From Octopus vulgaris (Eukaryota): 64,000 nt of DNA. The translations under genes were made by a program, and so were the position numbers. Location: contig OX597828.1 in the NCBI GenBank assembly GCA_951406725.2, positions 26,164,001 to 26,228,000 on the forward strand, given 5' to 3'. The notes below the pieces were generated by a model. The model saw only the letters and a program-made list of their open reading frames with translations, had not been told where the DNA came from and did not search any database. Numbering within the stretch: position 1 is the first letter of the stretch; the number at the start of each line of letters is the position of its first letter. Below are positions 31,125-42,402 of the stretch, in pieces.

Positions 31125-31748
31125 TTTCGACTGCTATTTCGGCATGTTGGTGTCTTTTAGACACCCTCATTTTTAATTGTTAAAAAATTTTTTTACCTTT
31201 GTAAGGTATTTCTTTATATGATATTTCGACACTTAAATATCGATATTATCCTCATATATAAATTTATATAATATATATATATATATTTCACTGCGGTGCT
31301 TATTTTAACCATATCGTACTTATGCGGTGATTTGGCGGGCGATTCAATCTGGCTGTGTCCATACGTGCATATGTATGTATGTACGACGCTCGTATATGTA
31401 AGTATATCGTTTGCTGTGCATATATATATCTGTATTGATGTACCCTTGATATATTCAATTGATGACGGTAAAGCTTATCTAAAGCAGAACCAGAAATCCT
31501 TGGATCTTGAATTATTCAATAATTTTTGCTTGTATGTTTGTCCCTCCGCTTTACCTCATGGTGCGATATGAACATTTAACGTGGTACTATAGTCAGTGTT
31601 TCGACTGCTATTTCGGCATGTTGGTGTCTTTTAGACACCCTCATTTTTAATTGTTAAAAAATTTTTTTACCTTTGTAAGGTATTTCTTTCATGTGGCCAC
31701 TTGATAATTTCGACACTTAAATATCGATATTATCCTCATATATAAATA
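31125..31748. repeat. ~140-bp direct repeat (31125-31265 and 31599-31748), pLTR-like arrangement in (TA)n
   Basis: tttcgactgctatttcggcatgttggtgtcttttagacaccc... identical at a 474-bp period. Confidence 0.85.
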
Positions 31749-31754
31749 TATGTA

Positions 31755-31847
<93 letters not shown>

Positions 31848-31923
31848 TCATTTCAAAATGTAACCACATGTGAATCGGTGTCGATTTTCTTCCTCCCTCT
31901 TCCTTTCTATTGGACTTCCCTCT

Positions 31924-31959
31924 GTTTCCGAAGAAGAGCGTCTGCTCGAAACGTTAAAC
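31924..31959 (+). ncRNA. Minimal type I hammerhead motif in a Penelope-like short repeat (31845-32043)
   Basis: gttt-CCGAAGA-a-gagc(gtct)gctc-GAAAC-GTT-aaac; stems I and II fully paired. Confidence 0.75.
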
Positions 31960-32042
31960 TTTCTTTCCTTCCCTGAGCGTTTGCTAATACTTTACATGTA
32001 CCACATCCTCGCGTTTTTGTTTTGTTCTTCTTTTTGGGGATT

Positions 32043-32086
<44 letters not shown>

Positions 32087-32823
32087 GGGACTTCCATAGT
32101 TTCTGTATATGAAATTCACTTACAAGGCATCGATCAGCCCAGAACTATAGCAAAAGATATTTGCCTAAGGGGCTTCAATTATTTACACCGACTTTTCTCC
32201 TTTTTCTTTCTTTTTTAGGCCTGTGGGTATTCGAATATCTGCAAATGTACTATTCTTGCTTCTTATAAATGGAACATGAAAAATTTCGTCTTGACATCAT
32301 ATGGCTGCAAGTAAACGTCATTGACAAGGCTCACAATGTCGAAATGCATCCCATGGATTATAAAATATTTCGACCTTCACCACGTCGCCATTATGCCGAG
32401 TTTGTTCTCTCTCCATGTTTGATGAAGAAATTTCCATATTTATTTCTCCTTTGTCCTTTCTGTTAATCATTTCCATCTTCCATTTCGATTTCTCGCAATA
32501 TATGTCTTAACTAAAGAGGGTCTTGCGTAAGGGGATGTATTTCCTCTTATATACTACACAAGATCTAAAACATACGAATTAACTGCTTTCAAACTATCAT
32601 TATTTGTTCAATTTCATTATCACAAACTATATATATATATAGCATCTCTTATATTCCTTCCCATGACTTTCATGTCTTATATTCCTGCCGTAAGGCTTCA
32701 CTTCCACACACGCCAGCTTAATTTAATTCGTCTTTAATCGAAAGACACTTGTTGTTAATGTACTGTTGTTTGTATTTGTAATTGTGTACAATTTCTCCGG
32801 TTTTTTTTCCTTGTTTTCGTATA

Positions 32824-32966
32824 CATTCGCTTGCTTTCTTCGAAGGAGTCTAGTGCTCTTAGCTTAGATTTTCTTGGGGCCAACCAGATCGGAACAGTTT
32901 CGAGTGTAACTGGCCGAAACTGCAAAGATGATCTGGAATTCGACTGAGGATAGGAAGCTCCGAATG
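32824..32966 (+). ncRNA. Candidate non-circularly permuted hammerhead ribozyme, family X
   Basis: cagt-T-tcgagt (32895-32905), tggcc-GAAA-ctg (32911-32922), attcga-CTGAGGA (32938-32950); all stems pair; see findings. Confidence 0.65.
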
Positions 32967-33183
32967 ACTCGTCCTTGTTTTTTTCCTGTCCTTTTTTGTG
33001 CCGTCTAACTCTCCGGATATTTTGTTGTCGCCTGTTACGTTCTTGTTCCATTTTTTGTTTTCTTTTCAGAACATTTATAAATAGAAGGTCTAACAGAAGT
33101 TTCCAGGATATTTTATATATCCCTTCATCGGAGCATTACCTCACACCTTTGGGTCTTCTTGACACCATTACCTCTCCTTACCT

Positions 33184-33255
<72 letters not shown>

Positions 33256-33266
33256 TATATACATAC

Positions 33267-33297
<31 letters not shown>

Positions 33298-33747
33298 CAT
33301 ACATACACACACGCATACATACATACATACATACATACATACATACATACATACATACATACATACATACATACATACATACATAATGTTTCGCAAGTGA
33401 CACGAGTACGTGACATTGACATACCGCAAGATGGTAAAATACATGTCTGCGACGGACAGGAGCAGTTTCGGGACAATTTCGTTTCACCAGGCTTTGAAGT
33501 ATTTTGTTTCTTTTAAACACTCTATGTTTTTAAAGGGATTTTCTCAGGACAAAGTATGTAAGTATGAAAGTATGGAAAACAATTAAAGTTTTGAAAAATA
33601 TTATTGTTTTCCATACTTACAGTTGAAAAAGTCTCAATGACTGAGACCGGTACTGAAATGTCTTTTATAAAATTATTTTAGTATTTTCTACCTTGTCTCT
33701 TTTTTCCATATATACCAACTCGTGTGTTCCTTTTCGACCTTCTACAC

Positions 33748-33813
<66 letters not shown>

Positions 33814-33989
33814 GTGTGTATATATATATATATATAAACAAGTGTGTGTGTGTGTGCTTGTGTGTATGTTTTGTGTGTGTGTGTGTGTGCTTGTGTGTGT
33901 GTTTTGTGTGTGTGTGTGTGTGTGTGTGTGCTTGTGTGTGTTTTCTGTGTGTGTGCATGTGTGTGTGTGTGCATGTGTGTGTGTGTATC

Positions 33990-34378
33990 CATTCATCTCT
34001 CTCACTATTCCTGGATGAGTTGTCAGGAATAGAACCCGCAGTCACCTTCTCCACAGGTTTCTATCAGAAGCAACCGTCTTTACGCTTTGCGACTGGATTC
34101 CCAAGCGTAACCAACGGCGATTATGGGTATTATCCAACCATCTCATTCTTGATCTACCTCTAGACCTCCTGCCAGTTGGTTCGGTTTAAAGAATCTGTTT
34201 GTTGGGGATTCTTTCCTGCCACATTTTAATCTCATAGCTGTAGTATCAGACCTGTGACCTCTGAACTCGGAGAAGTAGCGACCCCACTTGGTGAAACATA
34301 CTGATGTCCGATCAATGCACCCTGTCGAGCAACGTTACTCCACAGATCCTTCGGCGTTACCTCATTTCGACCGCTTAG
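33990..34378 (-). mobile_element. Decayed RTE-clade (Expander/Rex3-like) LINE 3' end
   Basis: AVEMR*RRRICGVTLLDRV...LLLRVQRSQ...EPTGRRSRGRSRMRWLDN. Confidence 0.75.
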
Positions 34379-34574
34379 ATGTATATGTATATATATGTAC
34401 ATACAAAAAAAGGTCCGTATGTTCAACCGACTACATTACACTCAATTACAGCGCTAACTTAGCATAGCCTCAGTGGATTATTCTGTCCATTTTGACAATA
34501 AGTATTCAGTTGGTTGAATCAAATAAAATCCTACAAGTGATATAAGCGTATCAGCGAGAGCACACGTTCAATTA

Positions 34575-34628
<54 letters not shown>

Positions 34629-34724
34629 CGGGAAGCTTTATGAAAATAAACAAAAGACGAAGGCAGGTGGAATACAAACAAACAATTGTATTAGTATGGC
34701 GCTCAGGAATATAAATAAAACAAG

Positions 34725-34762
34725 TCTTTTACGTTTCGAGCCTACGCTCTTCAACAGAAAGA
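34725..34762 (-). ncRNA. Minimal type I hammerhead motif in a Penelope-like repeat (about 34627-35185)
   Basis: tcttt-CTGTTGA-a-gagc(gtag)gctc-GAAAC-GTA-aaaga; A6 is replaced by U. Confidence 0.7.
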
Positions 34763-34906
34763 TACACAGAAAAGAAACACGGAGAGAAACAAGGAGAGAA
34801 AAAAATGCGTGCAGAAGCTAGCGAATCAACATGACGATCTGATTCCGGCCAGAAGTCAAAGATCAAACGTGAGACACAAGAGCGAAAATAGGGGAGATAA
34901 CAGGGG

Positions 34907-34946
<40 letters not shown>

Positions 34947-34956
34947 TGTGTGTGTG

Positions 34957-35002
<46 letters not shown>

Positions 35003-36121
35003 TGTGTGCATATATAGGTACAGGACGTCACCGACTGTGTAAACTGCATGAAGTACGAAAACAAACGAGTTAAATACGCAAACAACGAGAGAGAGAAAAA
35101 GAGAGGGAGGGGAGAGAGATAGAAAACGGTAAAGGGAAGAAAAAGGGAATTAGAGAAGACTGGGGCAGAAGACGTCCTGTACCCATATATGCTTATATAT
35201 ATATATATATATATACACATATATATATAATTCATATTATTATTTAATCGAACGCCATGCATCCATTTCCAAGTAAGTTTATCTTAACCTTTTTGAATCG
35301 ACTCTACACTGTTTTCCCCCTTAAGACCACGCTCATGATGCTTCAAGTACTTAATAATTTATTTTTGAGGTTCTCCGAGACGGCCTAAAACCAGAGGCCT
35401 AGCCTAAATGCTTGCAACACGGCGAACCCTACCAAAAGAACCAAACGATTAGAAGGCAGTATTAAATCGGTTGGTGGATTAAAAGTATACTCTAAGAAAT
35501 GAGAACTTAAGGAGTACGAACTTAAACCTGCGAACGGCTCGAGCAACGATTTAACACAACCATGTACAACATGCGGCCTGCCAGACTTTCCGAATGGCAC
35601 ACCTAACGCAAGATTATTTTGAATTTTGTTTTCAGTAGTGCGGTCACCTGATGATGAGTCATGTCCAATGCGTCCCACTTTTCGAAAAAGATTGCCATGC
35701 ATCATACATCTTGCAATTCCGCCAAAGGTTCGTGCTTTATTTTGTCGACCCCTAAATCGCGGAAGAAGACCTGAACCTGGTGGTATTTGAACCCAAAGAA
35801 TAACGAGCAGGAAATATTACTGAAAGACCTTTTGTCCCATATTCTACCGGTTGTGCCAATACACTGCCTAAAGGCAATATTATTTCGTTATTAACGACGG
35901 AAGCAATATTAGATCAAATTAGCATTCTGTGCCTAATATTTAAAGCACTGTTGAAAGCCTTATTCATCTCGAAAAAGCATCTCATGTAGATGTGCTGTGT
36001 TAAAAAGAAAGAAATATATCGTGTTTTGTAACACCATACATCTATACGAGACGAATCAGCAGTTTCAAATCTTTCAGTAGTATATCTGCGTTAAGTATGA
36101 TATAAAGAATGCTATGTATAG

Positions 36122-36449
36122 TGAAGGCGCATGGCTCAGTGGTTAGAGCGTCGAGCTTACGATCGTGAGCTCGAATCCCGGACCGGGCTGCGTGCTGTGT
36201 TCTTGAGCAAGACACTTTATTTTCACGTTGCTCCAGTTCACACAGCTGTAGAAATGAGTTGCGACGTCACAGGTGCCAAGCTGTATCGACCTTTGTCTTT
36301 CCCTTGGATAACTCTGGTGGCGTGGAGAGGGGAGGCTGGTATGCATGGGCGACTGCTGGTCTTCCATAAACAACCTTGCTCTGACTTGTGTCTAGGAGGG
36401 TAACTTTCTAGGTGCAATCCCATGGTCATTCATGACCGAAGGGGGTCTT
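36122..36449 (+). mobile_element. SINE family D (tRNA head) with 9-bp TSD
   Basis: TGGCTCAGTGG A box, TCGAATCCC B-box remnant; tatgtatag at 36113-36121 and 36450-36458. Confidence 0.88.
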
Positions 36450-36672
36450 TATGTATAGCTTATACTCCTGTCACAGATAGCAAGTTTCTGAAAGGCAGTC
36501 GGCTAATTGTGTTACCAGTGACTTGTCTTGGCATGCAGTGCTAATGAATGCTTACAACTGCCGACGTTCAACAAAGCAGAAATACGTATTTATCAATACC
36601 ACAGCTACTACTTTTAATCTGCTACAGACACAGTTCTATGTTTAATACTATACGAGATGCTTTCTCGTATAC

Positions 36673-36905
36673 AAGGCGGCGAGCTGGCAGAAACGTTAGA
36701 ACGCCGGGCGAAATGCGTAGTCGTATTTCTTCTGCCGTTACGTTCTGAGTTCAAATTCCGCCGAGGTCGACTTAACCTTTCATCCTTCCGGGGTCGATAA
36801 ATTAAGTACCAGTTACGCACTGGGGTCGATATAATCGACTTAATCCGTTTGTCTGTCCTTGTTTGTCCCCTCTGTGTTTAGCCCCTTGTGGGTAGTAAAG
36901 AAATA
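36673..36905 (+). mobile_element. SINE family B, full length, 14-bp flanking duplication
   Basis: gagatgctttctcg at 36654-36667 and 36906-36919; central domain resembles the Meta/Sauria-SINE-type ccttccatccttccgaggtcg motif (from recall). Confidence 0.92.
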
Positions 36906-37330
36906 GAGATGCTTTCTCGAGACGAATACCGCAGTTCAAGGCTTTCAACACCATATCTGCGTCAAGAATGATATGCAGAATGCTAACGAAGTTATTTAAC
37001 TTTGAGGGTAAATGAAAGATGCCATCATCTAGATAGGAATATATGTTCGTGATATCGTGTTCATAGATTATGTTGAACCCAGGTCAATCCAGACCAAGAT
37101 GATTTACGATCAAGCTCATTCAAGCCTTGACCGTCTTCTCAATTTTAGGCAACGACTACAATATCCAACACGTATTAGTTATATATTAGAAAGATTTGCC
37201 TGCTATTTCTAGCAAAGAAAAAAGAACGACAACTTAGAGAGTCTCTTGTGCTGCTATTGTTGCTGCTGCTGCTGCTGCTGTTGTTGTTGTTGTTGTTGTT
37301 GTTCAGGTCATGTCAGTAGTAGTAGTAGTA

Positions 37331-37386
<56 letters not shown>

Positions 37387-37742
37387 TTCAGTTGGGCTGA
37401 GGCACAGGACACAGATGTTGCTATTAATGCTTGCTGCTGCTGCTGCTACTGCCACTGCTGCTGCTGCTACTGCTCTCAAGTAATTCTGCTCGGTTCTGGC
37501 TATGCTTTCACGTGACGTATATGTAGTTGGGATGTGACCCATAAACAGAAAAGCATAAGAATATATAGCTGTATGTGTGTGTGTCTATGTGTGCGTATAA
37601 GTGTGTGTGCATATAAGTGTGTGTGTGTGTATGAATTTAAAGAGAAAGAGAGGAAAGAAGGGAGACATAGAGAGAGGTATGGCTATGAAAATATGTATGT
37701 GCGTGTGAGTGTATGTGTGTTCACACATACACATACATATAT

Positions 37743-37825
<83 letters not shown>

Positions 37826-37917
37826 TGTGTTTGTGTCTGTGTGTCTGTGTCTGTCCGTGGTTATATGTATCGATTTTTCAGTAAGGCAGTTGCCGCTATT
37901 ACAAGGTTCTGTGTGTT

Positions 37918-37973
<56 letters not shown>

Positions 37974-39399
37974 TGTGTGTGTGCGTGCGTGTGCGTGCGC
38001 ACGCTCGTGTGTGTTCAGTTAGCGTCATATCCAATAATACACAGAAATTTCTGGGTCATAATTTCAATAACAAACATTCTCCATTCATTATTTTTGTATT
38101 TTCTTCTTCCACTTCATAGTTTTCACAGCCCCATTATTGCCACGAGCTAAGGAAAGAGGATGCCTCGGCTTGGTCTCTGTAGCTGAGAGAAATAACGACT
38201 AAATCTCCCTCTAATTACTACCTACAGTGTAGCGGATAATGTTAGGGTTCGAACGTACATCTATCGTCGTTTGTCATGGATTCATTCTGGATACAACTTT
38301 AAACTGCATCCCGTTGTGAGGCCTTGGTTGGAGAGTATCAGGGTTTTGAGGAGAGTGGAAGCATCGCTTGGCCATTATTGTTCCCAGGGGTAACCTGATC
38401 TGGAACAGTAGCACCTGTTAGGGTCCAAAAGATTAGTTACTTAACAAATCGGTCAGACAGTTTGGACTCCTTAGCCTATATGGGATGGAGGGTGGATCAG
38501 CCCTTCAAAAGGAAGGAAAACCGTGATCCCAAACCTCCGCTGCCTTGCAGTCAAACTCAGCCATGGGAATGGCTTCAGGAGTAAACCCTGCAGGAAAATC
38601 GGGAGTTGCAACCCCTGGGGTAGTTCGACGTTGTCTATAACCTCATTAAAGCAAACCACGAGGCGACGCTTGTGCCAAACTGTAACAGACGTGCACTTCC
38701 TTTAGAAACAGCTGTGACGTAGAGAGGGCGAAAAGGTTGCATGGACAACATCCCGTCCTTCATATCACACTGCAGCGGATTATTCACGGTCATTAGTTAC
38801 AGAGAGAGAGAGAGAGAGGCCTCATTTATCACTAATTCAGGATAACACGGTACGCCCAATTGTGTTACGCTTATCACCAATAGCTGTGTGGTAATACGGA
38901 TCGGGGATCAGTCACAGAATTCGTTTTGAACTACAAAATCTCGTCCCTGCGATCCTCTTCAAGGTTCAGGACTACTTACGTTCTTGGGATGAAACCTATT
39001 TTTCCCCTACGATTCATTTTTCTTTTGTCACTGATTCATTCAATGCGATATTTTAATTTTTAGTCAAATATCTACTACTTCTACTGCCTTCTGGTCGATG
39101 TATACTTTTGATGGTAAAGAGTGTGTCCGAGACATGTTTTTGGTTTTCTTGTTGTTCAAGTGCTGACTTCGATGACCGGTATCTGAAGGTCTTAATGTAT
39201 ACATGACCAATTCATTTTAATAGGTTTAGTATATACAGATCAACCGGATCGCATATGTCCTCACTCTTCTATGAATCCATACGAGCGTCAATTGAGCCTG
39301 TTTTTTTTTCTGTTTTCTTCATCTCAGCCGATTTTTCACAAAAAGGAAGGTTTATCAGACGTACATGATTATTACAAGGTCTACTGCCTTTATATATAT

Positions 39400-39548
39400 C
39401 TGTTTCTTTATTACCCACAAGGGGCTAAACATAGAGGGGACAAACAAGAACAGAGAAACGGATTAAGTCGATTACATCGACTCCAGTGCGTAACTGGTAC
39501 TTAATTTATCGACCCCGAAAGGATGAAAGGCAAAGTCGACCTCGGCGG
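39400..39548 (-). mobile_element. SINE family B, 3' half
   Basis: Reverse complement of the family B core and tail. Confidence 0.85.
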
Positions 39549-39999
39549 ACATCTTATTGGGATCTATATATCACGGTACAGACACCCATAAAATCTAACA
39601 GAGTGAATTTAGCCTTAACCTTCTTACGGTATTTAACAGCATCCGAGACGCTTATTTTCCCTAAAAAATAACTTTTAAAGATCATCCAGGTCCGATATCC
39701 AAAGATAAGCCACTCATAAGCTTTAATGCACTCAGAACTTTCCCCACCACCAACACCTAAACATTCGCTACCGATATTGGGATGCGTCGAACGTGCGTCT
39801 TTTATATGCCATCAAATACCTATTTTCATGTATAAGGTGACAACCTCATTTCTGATTTCATTCATTTCTTGCCACAACACAGTAATCCTTTTTTATTTTG
39901 TTATTTGTTTCAGTCAATAAACTGCGGCCAGGTTGGAGCATCACCTCAAAAAGTTTCGTCGAATGAATCGAACCCATTGTTTTTTTTTGTCTTTTTCTA

Positions 40000-40241
40000 A
40001 GGCGCGGGAGTGGCTGTGTGGTAAGTAGCTTGCTTACCAACCACATGGTTCCGGGTTCAGTCCCACTGCGTGGCATCTTGGGCAAGTGTCTTCTGCTATA
40101 GCCCCGGGCCGACCAATGCCTTGTCAGTCGATTTGGTAGACGGAAACTGAAAGAAGCCTGTCGTATATATGTATATATATATATATATATATGTGTTTGT
40201 GTGTCAGTGTTTGTCCCTCTAGCATTGCTTGACAACCGATG
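40000..40241 (+). mobile_element. SINE family A, 5' two-thirds
   Basis: Matches 6553-6795. Confidence 0.9.
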
Positions 40242-41245
40242 ACTGACATGGTTGGAAAACATGGAAATTTCAAGAGCTGGAAAGCTGCGGAGACAGCAGA
40301 AGTTGTTTCACGTTGATTGTGAATCAAGAGTGTGATTTATGTATGGATAGTGTTGCCTAGAGAATTTGATATTTCGACACAAACTAGGACATTGATATGT
40401 ACCCTGGCTGAATTATCCAGGCGAAGGTGTTTGATTGTTGAATGCTCCCAAATCACAATGACATCGGATAACAGTGCTGATGATGCGTCTAGATCCATGG
40501 CGAATTTATATATGTATATATATGAAAGATGTGTATTTATAAGAGAAATTGTAGAATTTACAAGTATTTCTTCGGGTTTCTGTGCCGCAACCCCCAAAGC
40601 CTCCGTTACCCAACGACCCTTCATTGAAACAAAAGGTGTTGAAACAAACTCAAAGAAAATTTTGATCTCCAAAAATATCAAATGTTTCGCCGAAACACCT
40701 ACTCCTTAAATTAGCATATAACCGGCTGAGTTTTACTTCAATAGGTGAGTCCTTAATGTAAATCTCGCATGATGAGACTGGACCTTTGAACTAGAATCCG
40801 TTCGACGGGTTCCACACAGTTTCTGTCTACCCAGGTTTCACTCACAATCCTTTGGTCGACTCAGAAAGCTGTTAAAGGACACTTACCCAAGATGTCATAC
40901 AGCGGGATTGAGCCCGAGACCCCATGATGCCAAAGCGAATTCCTTGACCATCCGACCATGCTTACGTCTATTGTGTGAGAAACTATCATTCATTTGAAAT
41001 CTATCTAAACCAGACTAGTTACCGTTCGTTTCAACATTCATATTCACAACCAAAGGAAGATCTTTTATATGGTCAGATGACCACCTAGAAGTAGTAGCTT
41101 AATCGCCTCCAAAGTATTCCTTATGTCCTAAAAAAGGGAGAGACACACAGTATGGTAGAGCCTTTGATAAGCAATGCTCCGGAAAACAATGGGGTTTGTT
41201 AAACTGGAATTGCTGCTGATCATAGGTCTCTCAGAGTGTATGAGC

Positions 41246-41388
<143 letters not shown>

Positions 41389-41431
41389 TATATATATATA
41401 TACACACATATATATACACACACACACACAC

Positions 41432-41490
<59 letters not shown>

Positions 41491-41855
41491 TGAGTTTATG
41501 TATATATGTATATGTGTTTGTGCGTATGAGTGAGTATGTATGTATGTATGTGTGTGTATAAGTGCATGCGTGTACACAGACTCATACACACACACACATA
41601 CACAGAGGCACGGTAAATCTGGATAAGGAATATAGACTGGATGGTCGTCGATGAAACGCCTTTAATCTTAGATATGTTCAGTCAAGGCCGAGTTGAGAAT
41701 AAACAACCAGAACAACATCGACAATTGCAACTGCAACAACAATGACAACAACAACAACAACACCAACAACAGCATCGCAATACCAACAACTAATAAAAAT
41801 GTAAAATGGTATTTTTTTAAAATGAACATTCAAACACATTTAGACATCCATCCAT

Positions 41856-41911
<56 letters not shown>

Positions 41912-41925
41912 AATATATGTATATA

Positions 41926-42091
<166 letters not shown>

Positions 42092-42402
42092 TACATATGT
42101 GCTTACACACAGCATACACGTACAAACAGCTTTATGTTTTACAACGTTTTTCTTCATGTTTTCTCAATGTTTTTTTCTTTATTTAAAAGCAACAAAACTC
42201 CAAAGGAGTGTTAGGATTGTTCTATTGAACCGAATGTCTGATTGCAGAACAAAATACGCCACAAACCGAAAGACAAGGCAAAGAAAATAATAAAATGAAA
42301 TACATTCTATTTTGACTAACACATACACTCTTACACACAACATGCACACACACTCACACACACACACACACACACACGTACACATACCTGTGTGTGTATG
42401 TA

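Noticed and set aside
32833-32958. Conventional type II hammerhead using cgaagg at 32841 as GAAA
   Set aside because: A15.1 is absent, and the equivalent positions read ccaagg (52561) and cgcag (45621) in the other copies; the permuted pairing fits all copies better.
35645-35695. CTGATGA...cGAAA spacing
   Set aside because: Stems I and III cannot be formed and no NUH is in register.
40250-40710. Overlapping 125-aa and 114-aa ORFs, possible mariner remnant (KSVIY)
   Set aside because: No DD34D or HDNA motifs; includes a TA tract; no support.
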